A stretch of 64,000 bases of DNA, taken from an uncultured Candidatus Nemicrothrix sp. GTDB taxonomy: Bacteria; Actinomycetota; Acidimicrobiia; Acidimicrobiales; UBA8592. The stretch is from the NCBI GenBank assembly GCA_964564495.1, contig CAZMAW010000002.1, forward strand, positions 75,364 through 139,363, in the 5' to 3' direction. Of this stretch, positions 28,262 through 38,130 are shown one piece after another (positions within the stretch are counted from its first letter, which is position 1; every line of letters starts with the position of its first letter). Position numbers and translations under genes: made by a program. Below the pieces are notes generated by a model, which ran no database searches, was not told where the DNA came from, and saw nothing but the letters and a program-made list of their open reading frames with translations.

Positions 28262-28759
28262 TTAAACGCTTTTTGAATCAGCAGCACTATATTCTTGTAG
28301 AAGTTTTTCTGCGTTAATGGTACTTCCATCCCCAGCACCGATTTGGACAGGAGGCCAGTGACCGTCCTTAAAGATTACTAGCACGGTGACCCCTTCTTCT
28401 CCTGCAATTAATGGCCCATACCCTCGGTTCGCTAGCCCGATTCTTATGTCGCCTTCATGGAGCCATTTACCACTGACCTTCTGGCTTCCTTGAAGAATGA
28501 TTTCTGAATAGTCACATGCATGTGTATGGGCCTCTACTCGACAATTGGGTGGAAAGTAGGCCTTGAAAACTGTAGGAGATGAATCATCGGTTGGTAACCC
28601 GATTCGGTATTGAGTGGTTTCAACACCTGTTTCCTCTATCCAGACTTGACCAAGTTGTTCCCAAGAAGTGACAACGTGACCACGGCGGTTGAGTTCTTCA
28701 GCGATAACTTCCGGGGTATCTTGTGCCTTTCGGTCTTTAGTAACAGGTGAAGATTCCAT
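28262..28759 (-). CDS. cupin-fold protein; paralogue of 19607..20083
   Basis: HTHACDYSE and RIGLANRGYGPL identical to the paralogue. Confidence 0.75.
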   Translation of the reverse strand: MESSPVTKDRKAQDTPEVIAEELNRRGHVVTSWEQLGQVWIEETGVETTQYRIGLPTDDSSPTVFKAYFPPNCRVEAHTHACDYSEIILQGSQKVSGKWLHEGDIRIGLANRGYGPLIAGEEGVTVLVIFKDGHWPPVQIGAGDGSTINAEKLLQEYSAADSKSV

Positions 28760-28780
28760 TCGTCTCCTTAATTTTCTTGA

Positions 28781-29509
28781 TTATGCTTGCTCGTAGATCA
28801 TCCAAAGGTCATGGAAAAGCCGGCTTGTTTCGATAGTGCAATCGAACACTGCTTTTCTTGCATCTCCCGTTAGTGCATAGTCTGAAACCATTTCTATGCC
28901 TTCATCGCCGTGATCTTGGTCAGCAATGATATGCATTGTCCAGAAAATGACTTGTTCATCGGTCATGTCATAGTTTTCTTTAAACGCAGCCACCATTCTT
29001 GTAAAGGTTTCAGGGACGAAAGATTCCAATCCGATTCCGATAGCAGAGAGCGGGACAAACCACTCGCGGCATAAGCCCATGAATTCAAAATAATCCGTGA
29101 CCCTTCTGCCAGCTGGCCTTTGCTCAGCTAGTCGAATAGCGTCAGTATCGGATCCAACCGCGTCGGCAAATTGGAGAAGCAATTCAGGGTGCGCGTCTGT
29201 TTGTGTCTCGTATCCAGTGCATTCTTCAGCAAGATTTTTGACTAATGAAGTTCGCACGTCCTCGTGGGGGCATCGCACATAGATCGCTCCAATCCATGGA
29301 AGCATTCGTGAAATATGGAGATAAAACTGTTCAGTGAATAATTGCAGTTGAGGAAGTGTGATCGTACCGGCTTCAAGACCATTGACAAGCGGGTGGTTAT
29401 ACATACCTCGACCAGGTTTCATGCACTCTTCACGAATTGCACCGACAAATTCAGCTGGAGACATTTCAGCGAGTTCGTTTTTGTCAATATGGGTTTCAAT
29501 CAAAGCCAT
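28781..29509 (-). CDS. heme-oxygenase-like diiron oxidase (CADD/PqqC/TenA superfamily)
   Basis: E96 (NLAEE), H107, E162, H193-x3-D197-x2-H200 match the CADD diiron ligand set. Confidence 0.82.
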   Translation of the reverse strand: MALIETHIDKNELAEMSPAEFVGAIREECMKPGRGMYNHPLVNGLEAGTITLPQLQLFTEQFYLHISRMLPWIGAIYVRCPHEDVRTSLVKNLAEECTGYETQTDAHPELLLQFADAVGSDTDAIRLAEQRPAGRRVTDYFEFMGLCREWFVPLSAIGIGLESFVPETFTRMVAAFKENYDMTDEQVIFWTMHIIADQDHGDEGIEMVSDYALTGDARKAVFDCTIETSRLFHDLWMIYEQA

Positions 29510-29634
29510 AGAGGTCCTCCTAGGGTTTCACACATTGTAACTTGGTTTGTTCTTTCTGTCATTATCGAACTCCACTTCCTATGTACTCTAATTGCTACTA
29601 AAATCAGATTCTCTTGGAATATTTTGGAGGATAA

Positions 29635-30780
29635 TTGTCTTTACCGATTGAAATAAGCGCAGATCATGAAGAAATAGTTAAAGAGTGTCGTCTCCTTGCG
29701 AAACAAGTGGAGCCTTTCGCGATGGAAGCTGATGAATCAAGCGTAATGCATGAACCTACGCTTGCAGCTCTTAGATCAAGTGGGCTTTCTGACCTTATGG
29801 TCCCATCTGCATATGGTGGGCGGTTTGATGAAGTCGACCCCCTTGCGGTCTGCCTTGCCCGTGAAGTATTCATGAAAACTTCGTCACATTTAGATTCAGT
29901 TTTCGCTTTACAAGGAATTGGAAGTTATGCAATTTCTCGGGCAGGAACTGATTCGCAAAAAGAGGAATGGTTACCAGCTGTAGCTAAAGGTGACGCGTTG
30001 GCAGCTCTTGCTTTGACAGAGCCTATAGCGGGATCTGATCTTAAAGGCATAGAGACAACCGCAACTGCAGTAGACAATGGACTTATTCTAAATGGAGCCA
30101 AATCATTTATTTCCAATGCGGGATCAGCTTCTTTCTATACGACGCTTGCGAAAGAAGATGACGGCTACTCACTTTTCCTTGTCCCTGCAGACAGTGAAGG
30201 ACTGACGGTGTCGCCATCCCCCGAGATAATAGCGCCACACGTTTTGGGTGAACTAACCTTTGACGAAGTATTTCTTCCGGAATCCTCTCGTTTGGGAGAA
30301 AAAGGCGCTGCATTTCGACATGTACTGGCGACATTGTCCGTTTTTAGAATTTCAGTAGCTGGAGCAGCTGTAGGATTAATGGAAGGAGCATTAGAAGAAG
30401 CAGTTCGTCATTGCCGTACGCGCGAACAATTCGGAAGGCCCTTAGTAAAACATGGTCCAGTTGCTACCTTACTGGCCGATTCATGGTCCGACCTAGAATC
30501 AGCTCGGCTACTTACATACCAAACTGCTGCAATGGCAGCCGCCGATCCAGAAGGAAATCTAGACCGATCGTCGTTAGCAAAACTAACAGCCACTGAAGCT
30601 GCAACTCGGGTCGTCGATAGATGCGTCCAAACCATGGGCCGTTGGGGTTTGATACGGGGATCAAAGATTGAGAAGTATTATCGTCAAGCCCGCCCTATGC
30701 GCATATACGAAGGCGCCTCTGAGATACTCCGTTTAGGGATTGCCTCTCGCCTCGTAAAGGAGATCTCAGATGAATCTTGA
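29635..30780 (+). CDS. acyl-CoA dehydrogenase
   Basis: ALTEPIAGSD, NGAKSFISN, REQFGRPL, IYEGASE. Confidence 0.93.
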   Translation: MSLPIEISADHEEIVKECRLLAKQVEPFAMEADESSVMHEPTLAALRSSGLSDLMVPSAYGGRFDEVDPLAVCLAREVFMKTSSHLDSVFALQGIGSYAISRAGTDSQKEEWLPAVAKGDALAALALTEPIAGSDLKGIETTATAVDNGLILNGAKSFISNAGSASFYTTLAKEDDGYSLFLVPADSEGLTVSPSPEIIAPHVLGELTFDEVFLPESSRLGEKGAAFRHVLATLSVFRISVAGAAVGLMEGALEEAVRHCRTREQFGRPLVKHGPVATLLADSWSDLESARLLTYQTAAMAAADPEGNLDRSSLAKLTATEAATRVVDRCVQTMGRWGLIRGSKIEKYYRQARPMRIYEGASEILRLGIASRLVKEISDES

Positions 30781-31522
30781 TCTCAAAGACCGGATTGCTA
30801 TCGTTACAGGAGCTAGTAGAGGGCTAGGTGAAGCGATCGTCAAAGACCTAGTAGACGAGGGGGCTCTGGTTGTAGCTGCTGCTCGATCAGAGGAAGCTCT
30901 TAATGAACTGTCATTATATTCTCCTGACCGGATAGCAGTAAAAGTCGCAGATATGCAGAAATCAGACGACGTTGAGGCGATTGTCGATTTTGCAATCCAC
31001 CGATTCGGTTCTCTAGATGCTGTTGTGAACAATGCAGGGATTGCGCCAGCTGGAAAATTTATTGATACCGAAATAGGAGTTATGGAGAAGACATTTACTG
31101 TAAATGTCTTAGCTCCGGCCATTCTGGCAAGAAAAGCGGCCCAGTACTTTATAGAAAATAATCTAGGAGGTTCGATAGTAAATATTGCGTCAACTTCCGG
31201 CATTAAGGGGAAAGCATTGCTTGTTGGTTACTCAGCATCCAAAGGCGCAATGATGCGAATGACTGAAGCATTGGCTGCTGAGTGGGCTCGGTTCGGAATT
31301 AGGGTCAACACTATTGCACCCGGGGCATTTGAAACTGAAGCCCAAGCAGCTGTATTGGAGGATGAAAATATTCTTGCGGCAAGACTACGAAAGATACCGC
31401 TACGGCGGATGGGGGACCCTTCGGAGATTGGAGCCTTAGTATCATATTTAGTTTCTACGAAATCAAGTTTTGTAACAGGTTCCTGCTTCGTTATTGACGG
31501 TGGCGAAGTAAACAAACAATAA
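30770..31522 (+). CDS. SDR
   Basis: TGASRGLG, NNAG, YSASK. Confidence 0.92.
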   Translation: MNLDLKDRIAIVTGASRGLGEAIVKDLVDEGALVVAAARSEEALNELSLYSPDRIAVKVADMQKSDDVEAIVDFAIHRFGSLDAVVNNAGIAPAGKFIDTEIGVMEKTFTVNVLAPAILARKAAQYFIENNLGGSIVNIASTSGIKGKALLVGYSASKGAMMRMTEALAAEWARFGIRVNTIAPGAFETEAQAAVLEDENILAARLRKIPLRRMGDPSEIGALVSYLVSTKSSFVTGSCFVIDGGEVNKQ

Positions 31523-31539
31523 TTTAGAAAAGGAGAAAT

Positions 31540-32262
31540 ATGTCTAATAATGCAGACCACGACGTCCTTGGTAGCGCTGCTCTTGCATCGCGGGAAGTTG
31601 CAGCAAAGTCGCACAAATTCGCAGAGGGGTACGCACGTGTCCGTGAAGTGACGGACCTTGACGGGGCTTGCCCCGCTTGGGCAAAAGCTCTTTTTATGTC
31701 CTGTGCGGCTGCAGTAAGAGGCCATGAAGAGCTTATGCTAAGGGAGCTGGGCCGTTCGAAAGATCTAGGGCTATCGCTAAATGATGCCCGCGGGGCAGCC
31801 TTAACTGTTTTTATAAGTAGAGGTGAAGGTGTATATAGCAAGTTTACATCTGCAATTAACGAATTTTATGGTGAGGAAATCGGACAGCCTGATGAAGACT
31901 CTCCAGCATTTCAATTGGATAAAGACGCTTGCTTGGAATACTTTGAAGGTTATTTTGGCTTCATACCAACCTACGTTCAGCTCATGGCCGAGGAAGCTCC
32001 TAGAGCCCTTGAGGGGTATGTGCTTATGAGAGAGTTCTCTTTAGCGGAGAATTTACTTGATGCTAAAAATGTCGAATTGCTTCTCTGCACAGTTAATGCA
32101 GCTGAATTTTCATCCAGATTCACAAATGTGCATGCGAACGGGGCTAGAAATGCTGGAGCTACAGAAGCTGAAATCGTTGAAGCGGTAATTTGTGCCTTGC
32201 CTGTTTCCGGAGTTGCGTCTTGGCTGCCCGGTGCGGACGGAATTATGGAAGGTCGCAGCTAG
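31540..32262 (+). CDS. two-domain carboxymuconolactone decarboxylase/AhpD-like protein
   Basis: two CMD-like helical units (KALF...H...GLS; LDAKNVELL...H...GATEAEIVE); no CxxC. Confidence 0.7.
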   Translation: MSNNADHDVLGSAALASREVAAKSHKFAEGYARVREVTDLDGACPAWAKALFMSCAAAVRGHEELMLRELGRSKDLGLSLNDARGAALTVFISRGEGVYSKFTSAINEFYGEEIGQPDEDSPAFQLDKDACLEYFEGYFGFIPTYVQLMAEEAPRALEGYVLMREFSLAENLLDAKNVELLLCTVNAAEFSSRFTNVHANGARNAGATEAEIVEAVICALPVSGVASWLPGADGIMEGRS

Positions 32263-32279
32263 AAACTTGCTTTGGATAT

Positions 32280-32636
32280 TTAAAAATCTGAAGAGTTCAA
32301 CTTGACTGACTGGTGAGTTATCTCTCCGTTCTGGATCGTTAATGTATCTGTTCCAGAGGCTTTAATGTTTTCTCCGACTATCCGCCAAAAAAATGTCGCT
32401 TGCGTGCCATCGATTAATAACTTGTCAAAATGTATCTGAGCATTGCCGAGTCGGTTGGGGACCGTTTGGAAGTAAGCTTGGATCTCTTTAATCCCTGTAT
32501 ATATGTCGCCACCACGTTCCAAGATGGCATCTTTTGAATAATCAGCTGCCATTTGCGTGGTGTCTCCACTTAGAACTGCTGTAATATGGTTTTGAGCGAC
32601 CTGCTCGGGGGTTCGGTTGGGCTTTTGAGAAGTCAT
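32280..32636 (-). CDS. SnoaL/NTF2-like protein
   Basis: 118 aa; YSKDA, YTGIKEI, DTLTIQNGEI. Confidence 0.75.
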   Translation of the reverse strand: MTSQKPNRTPEQVAQNHITAVLSGDTTQMAADYSKDAILERGGDIYTGIKEIQAYFQTVPNRLGNAQIHFDKLLIDGTQATFFWRIVGENIKASGTDTLTIQNGEITHQSVKLNSSDF

Positions 32637-32684
32637 TAGTCTAGCTTGCCGTTAGATTAACTAACTTGCAAGAAAAGGATTTCC

Positions 32685-34316
32685 ATGGACAAAGTTTCTG
32701 ATCTTTATACTTTCCCTGACCTTCTAGTTCGGGCTGTAAATCGAGCGGGGGATGACGACGCTATTCTTTTCCCGGATCAAACGTTTACATATTCAGAAAT
32801 ATACGATCGGGCAGTAGCTTCAGCTCGCTCGCTCATGACGTTGGGGATTCGTACGGGAGATCATGTAGGTATTCTTATGTCAAATTGCCAAGAGTTTGTT
32901 GACATATTTTTTGGGGCCCAACTTATAGGGGCGTGGCCCGTTCCAATAAACGCCCGATATAAAGCTAGGGAATTGAACTATGTCATTCGAAATGCAGATC
33001 TAAAAACGCTTTTCACTACAGATCGTATTGTCGAACATGTTGATTTTGTAGCGTTACTAACAGACGCATTCCCAAGTCTTAGAGAGCAGAAAGATCCTTC
33101 GTCGCTTCAAATAGACGACGCACCGCTACTGCAAAATATTATTCTTTTCGGTGGGCGATCCCCGGAAGGAATGATGGACCAAGAAACATTTCAAAGCATG
33201 GCTCCCGGTACCACAGAAGAAGAAATTGAACTTTGTCGTTCCCGAATCGCAATTCGTGATGTGGCCATGATGATGTATACCTCGGGGACTACAGCGATGC
33301 CGAAAGGATGCCCAATATCCCATGAAGCTCTTGTAAGGCCAGCTATTGAAGCGGGTAGAAGTAGATTTTTTCTTGAAAAGGATGACAGAATGTGGGACCC
33401 ACTGCCCATGTTTCATATGAGCTTTGTTCTTCCTTTGATTGCATGCATGGATGCCGGGGCAGCTCTGCTGAGTATGGAATATTTCGAACCCGAATCAGCA
33501 ATTGAGTACATGGAAAGAGAGGGAGCAACGGTAAATTTCGCAAGCTTCCCTACAATAACCGAAGCAATATTGAATCATCCGAATTATGACTCAAGCAAGC
33601 TTCTTATCCGGATAGTTAATAATGTCGGACCGGCAAAGATGCTTCTTTCAATGCAGGAAAGGATGCCGGAGGCCACTCAGATTAGTGCCTACGGAATGAC
33701 AGAATGTGGTGGTGTTTCATGTTTCGGCGACATAAATGACAGCTTAGAAAAACGGACTGAAACTAGTGGAAAGCCATTTCGTGGTATCGAAATGCAAATT
33801 AGGGATATAGAAACCGATGAAGTTCTTGGGCCTGATGAAGTCGGAGAAATATTAGTTCGGGGATATTGCGTATTCGAAGGCTATTACAAGGATCCAGAAA
33901 AAAATACTGAAGCGTTTACCACCGACGGCTGGTTTCGAACAGGTGATATTTGTTCAATAGATGAAGATGGGAGAGTCACATATCGTTCACGTTTAAAGGA
34001 CATGCTTAAAGTCGGAGGAGAAAATGTTGCGGCAGCAGAAATCGAGGGTCTGCTTTCCGGACATCCTTCAGTTGTTCTGGCTCAAGTAGTTTCAGCTCCT
34101 GACGACAAATACATGGAAGTTCCGGCGGCCTATATCCAGATTCTGGATGGTTCAAGTGTTTCTGAAGAAGAGATTATTGAATTCTGTAAGGGGAAGATTG
34201 CGAACTTCAAGATACCTAAGCATGTTCGTTTTGTTTCGGAGTGGCCAATGTCGGCTACGAAAATTCAAAAGGTTCGTTTGCGGGAAATGATTTCCGAAGA
34301 GCTTGCAGGTTCTTAA
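32685..34316 (+). CDS. acyl-CoA synthetase; close paralogue of 20989 and 44220
   Basis: YTSGTTAMPKG, YGMTE, FRTGD, RLKDMLKVGGEN. Confidence 0.93.
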   Translation: MDKVSDLYTFPDLLVRAVNRAGDDDAILFPDQTFTYSEIYDRAVASARSLMTLGIRTGDHVGILMSNCQEFVDIFFGAQLIGAWPVPINARYKARELNYVIRNADLKTLFTTDRIVEHVDFVALLTDAFPSLREQKDPSSLQIDDAPLLQNIILFGGRSPEGMMDQETFQSMAPGTTEEEIELCRSRIAIRDVAMMMYTSGTTAMPKGCPISHEALVRPAIEAGRSRFFLEKDDRMWDPLPMFHMSFVLPLIACMDAGAALLSMEYFEPESAIEYMEREGATVNFASFPTITEAILNHPNYDSSKLLIRIVNNVGPAKMLLSMQERMPEATQISAYGMTECGGVSCFGDINDSLEKRTETSGKPFRGIEMQIRDIETDEVLGPDEVGEILVRGYCVFEGYYKDPEKNTEAFTTDGWFRTGDICSIDEDGRVTYRSRLKDMLKVGGENVAAAEIEGLLSGHPSVVLAQVVSAPDDKYMEVPAAYIQILDGSSVSEEEIIEFCKGKIANFKIPKHVRFVSEWPMSATKIQKVRLREMISEELAGS

Positions 34317-34333
34317 AATTTGCTTCTTGCTTT

Positions 34334-35872
34334 TCAGGTGCTTCGCTGGCGGAGCTCCCTTTTAAGTATTTTCCCAGTCTGAGCTTTAGGAAGTTCGTTA
34401 ACGAATTCAACAGTTCGAGGTTTTTGGTAGCTCGCTAGGTTGTCCTTGGCCGTTTCGATGATCTCTGCTTCGTTGGCATTTCGGCCTGGTTTGAGTACAA
34501 CGAAAGCTTTGACTGATTCTCCCCACTCATCATCCGGAATCCCAATAACTGCTACTTCCAATACAGCAGGATTTTTCGCTATTGCTTCCTCAACCTGAAC
34601 GGAGTAGATATTTTCTCCTCCGGAAATTATCATATCTTTCGCACGATCAACGATAAAGCAGTAGCCATCGTCATCCCAAGTTGCTATATCGCCAGTCCAC
34701 ATCCATCCATCTCTAATGGTTTCAGCTGTTAAATCTGGCCGCTCAAAATATCCGAGCATATTCGCGGGGGATTTAACGATAATCTGCCCAGGGGTTTTTC
34801 CATCTTGAGGAACATCAATTCCATGATCATCAACTATTCTTACCGTGGTTATAAACCCCTCGCGGCCACATGAACGAAGACGTTCAGTTCTATGCCCGTC
34901 TCGAATAGCCCGTATGTGGTCTTCCTGAGAAAGAAATGTCATGGTTGTTCCTTCAGTTTGACCATATCCCTGTAACAGCGTGCAAGGAAAGGCAGATAAA
35001 GCCTCAGCTATAACTCGACTCGGCATTGGGCCTCCACCGTATTGGATGTTCCGAAGCGAGCTCAGGTCATAGTTATCAAAGTCCTCTACAGCCATCATCC
35101 AGTTGAGCATCGTTGTTACTCCGAGGAATGCGGATACCTTCTCTGTCGAAATAAGTTCTAGCGCGAGAGTTGGTTCAAAGTTCATTAATACGAGTGGGCA
35201 TCCGTGCGCCTGGTAGTTCATAGCGAGGACAACTGGAATATGGAACATCTGACCAGTCAGCATATAAACGTCAGAAGGGACAATACGCTCCGCGACAGTT
35301 TGATTTAGCATCCCGTACCAAACAGATTTATGGGAATGCAAGGCTCCCTTCGACTCTCCAGTCGTTCCACCAGTGTAAAGAATGAAAAAAGGGTCATTGC
35401 CTCCGATGTGATCGGAATTGATCGGCTCTACTTCGCTGCTGTTTTCTATGAGCTGTTCGAAGCTGCCATCTCCTAAGGAACCGAATTCAAACCAGTATTG
35501 GATAGAGGTATTCTGTTGTTTCAATAATGTCTTTTCGTCGTTCAAAGCATCTCCAGAGATCAAAACTTTTGGAGATCCATTTCCGATGACCCTAAGTAGT
35601 TCTGGAATTGATAACCGCCAGTTCATAGGTTGAGCAATAAGGCCTACTCGTCCACAGGCATAGAATGTCGCAAGATTTTCAATGGAGTTCTGACTTAGTA
35701 TCGCAACACGGTCGCCCTTCTCTAGACCAAGATCTAGAAGGCCATTTGCCAGCTTTCTAATAATGCGGTCGAAATCCGCATAATTTATTCTCTGTCCAGT
35801 TGAAGCGTCGATAACTGCTTCATTATCCGGTGTTAATTTCGCCCATTTTTTGGGAACCGAACCGATATTCAT
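34334..35872 (-). CDS. acyl-CoA synthetase (long-chain type)
   Basis: YTGGTTGESKG, YGQTE, WTGD, DRAKDMIISGGEN. Confidence 0.93.
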   Translation of the reverse strand: MNIGSVPKKWAKLTPDNEAVIDASTGQRINYADFDRIIRKLANGLLDLGLEKGDRVAILSQNSIENLATFYACGRVGLIAQPMNWRLSIPELLRVIGNGSPKVLISGDALNDEKTLLKQQNTSIQYWFEFGSLGDGSFEQLIENSSEVEPINSDHIGGNDPFFILYTGGTTGESKGALHSHKSVWYGMLNQTVAERIVPSDVYMLTGQMFHIPVVLAMNYQAHGCPLVLMNFEPTLALELISTEKVSAFLGVTTMLNWMMAVEDFDNYDLSSLRNIQYGGGPMPSRVIAEALSAFPCTLLQGYGQTEGTTMTFLSQEDHIRAIRDGHRTERLRSCGREGFITTVRIVDDHGIDVPQDGKTPGQIIVKSPANMLGYFERPDLTAETIRDGWMWTGDIATWDDDGYCFIVDRAKDMIISGGENIYSVQVEEAIAKNPAVLEVAVIGIPDDEWGESVKAFVVLKPGRNANEAEIIETAKDNLASYQKPRTVEFVNELPKAQTGKILKRELRQRST

Positions 35873-35951
35873 GTAATTGTCTTACTAGAACTATCAGGAG
35901 AAACCAAATTTGGAATCTTAGGACGTACTTTGGTTCTCTAATCGAAATCGA

Positions 35952-36785
35952 TTACATTCCCGACTTTCCGCCTTCGCGTAAGAAAGGTTCGGGTGTTGAA
36001 TACGGCGGATCGCCAGGTTTTGATCCCGTCGTTGCCCCGCCGTCGACGACAAGACAATGCCCATTAGTATTTCCAGACTCTTCTGATGCTAGATATAAAG
36101 CTGCGTTTGCAACATCTATTGCTTGCCCAGGCCTACCGAGGATGGGTGAGAGTTCAGCAAGTCGATCTTTCACTTCTGATAATGCCTCATGATCATCCAA
36201 GTGCGCTTTCGCGACAAGTGGGGTAGCAGTAGATCCTGGAGCAATGCAATTTACGCGGATTCCGTATCTACATAGTTCTGCAGCAACGTTTTTTGTCAAT
36301 CCCACAATGGCATGTTTGGCGGCAGCATAGGCGTGTGGCCCCAATCCTCCGTTCACTCCAGCTGTACTTGCCAAATTTATAATTGATCCGTCCCCGTGGC
36401 CTTTCATTGCTTGAGCAGCATATTTCATCCCAAGAAATGTACCAATAAGATGGATTTGGATCGTAGCCTCGAATTCCTCTCTCGGAATTTGAGTTATCGG
36501 CCCTCGTGCACCAACGACGCCAGCATTATTCATCATTATGTCGATATCCCCCCCATAGGTATCAATCGCGAAATCAATAAGTCCTGATACATCATCTTCG
36601 TTAGTGACATCACACTTGTAGAAAACTGCAGAGTCTCCAAGTTGATCTGCAACCTTATTTCCAAGGTCTAATTGAATGTCGCCTAGAACGACTTTCGCGC
36701 CTTCTTGAATGAACCTTTCAGCAGTACAGGCTCCTATCCCAGAAGCTCCGCCCGTAATGACAGCGACTTTTCCTTCTAATCTCAT
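35952..36785 (-). CDS. SDR; close paralogue of 20150
   Basis: TGGASGIG, NNAG, YAAAK; same C-terminal PF-RE-GK-G tail. Confidence 0.92.
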   Translation of the reverse strand: MRLEGKVAVITGGASGIGACTAERFIQEGAKVVLGDIQLDLGNKVADQLGDSAVFYKCDVTNEDDVSGLIDFAIDTYGGDIDIMMNNAGVVGARGPITQIPREEFEATIQIHLIGTFLGMKYAAQAMKGHGDGSIINLASTAGVNGGLGPHAYAAAKHAIVGLTKNVAAELCRYGIRVNCIAPGSTATPLVAKAHLDDHEALSEVKDRLAELSPILGRPGQAIDVANAALYLASEESGNTNGHCLVVDGGATTGSKPGDPPYSTPEPFLREGGKSGM

Positions 36786-36803
36786 ATGTAACCTTTCGTC
36801 TAT

Positions 36804-37982
36804 TCAACTAAGTTGACTTTGAATTTTTCCGGCTCTCTGCCATGCTGCAATAGCTGAAACCAGTATGGCTAATGTTGCTAACCAAGAATATAAGTATGTG
36901 TCCGTAATATCCACAAGAACACCGAAACCTGCCGGAGTAACAAGAGCCCCGAGGTAATAGCCTGTCATGGTTATTCCGGTAGCGCTACCAATACTCAGTG
37001 GAGCTATATCAATGACTGCAGCGTGCATCGTTCCAATAGCGGCCAGCTGCGTTGATATTCCAAGAGTCAACCCAATAATCACAATAAAGGTTCCAAGAGT
37101 AGTTCCAAGAATCACCATGATTACTGAAAGTGAACTCACACATAAGAGGATCATGATGAGCGGTATTCGCTTTAGTGCACCGAGTTTGTCCGCCCAAACA
37201 CCGTTACAGATCATCATGATCACACCTGTAAATGATGCAATGGCCATAATTCCGCCTGACAAACCTGCTGAAGCATCCAGGGATTCTTCAAGATATGAAA
37301 CTGTCCAAGAATAAAGAGGTTGAGATCCGCCGATTAACAGGAAAGCAGCTATACCAAACCAGTAGAACCCGCGGGGGAGAGGGTGAGTAGATATGCTGGT
37401 GGTAGCTTCCATTCGATCGTCATCTAGAATCACAAGAGCGGCAAGCCCCGCGATGGTCGCACTTATAGCGTTTATCACCAGTATTGTCTGCCAATTCCAA
37501 ACGTTTGCAGCCCATGGCCCTATAGCAGCAGCAACTGTTGCCATTAGCGGAACTCCCGATGTTTTCACAGACATCGCAAGCGCTCTTCGTTCGAGTGGAA
37601 CAGCATTACCGATAGCAACATTTGTGCCAGTGTTTGCCAACGCGTACCCCATGCCAGCTAAAACACTCATAATAATCCAAATAGCGTAGGTGCTTAAAAT
37701 AGCTATAAGTACTGAAGCACCTGCAACAAGCAGCATATTTGATACAACTACTTTTCGAGCACCAAATCTATCTGTTAGTCGCCCTGCTGGGATTGACCCT
37801 ATACCAGTGGCACCAAAGTAGACGCCTACGATTAGACCGATTTTTCCTCGGGATACATCTAAATCTTCGCTTAGGGTTGTCGCTAAAAACCCTGGAATGA
37901 ATCCGAGAGATGCCCCCATCCCTACACTTGCGCAACAAGAGAGAACTGTCGGCCAGGCGGAAATCTGCAGTTTAGATGACAA
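36804..37982 (-). CDS. MFS transporter
   Basis: GRLTDRFGARK motif A; about 12 hydrophobic segments. Confidence 0.9.
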   Translation of the reverse strand: MSSKLQISAWPTVLSCCASVGMGASLGFIPGFLATTLSEDLDVSRGKIGLIVGVYFGATGIGSIPAGRLTDRFGARKVVVSNMLLVAGASVLIAILSTYAIWIIMSVLAGMGYALANTGTNVAIGNAVPLERRALAMSVKTSGVPLMATVAAAIGPWAANVWNWQTILVINAISATIAGLAALVILDDDRMEATTSISTHPLPRGFYWFGIAAFLLIGGSQPLYSWTVSYLEESLDASAGLSGGIMAIASFTGVIMMICNGVWADKLGALKRIPLIMILLCVSSLSVIMVILGTTLGTFIVIIGLTLGISTQLAAIGTMHAAVIDIAPLSIGSATGITMTGYYLGALVTPAGFGVLVDITDTYLYSWLATLAILVSAIAAWQRAGKIQSQLS

Positions 37983-38130
37983 CGTAATACGAAATTATGT
38001 TCATGATTCCACCTGGAAAATCGGCTGGCTACTTTGCCTAAGAACTCAAATTGAATTTTTCCATTAAGCGGTATTAGTGTCAAATGGATCGAATCCGATA
38101 TTGCCACATGCAATCGGCGTTTCTCGCTGC

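Noticed and set aside
28781-29509. pqqC or tenA assignment
   Set aside because: No pqq or thiamine-salvage context, and the complete diiron ligand set points to an HDO
35897-35938. GAGAAACCAAA...TTTGGTTCTC imperfect inverted repeat between two minus-strand genes
   Set aside because: Bulged arms, long loop and no clear U-tract; too weak to call a terminator
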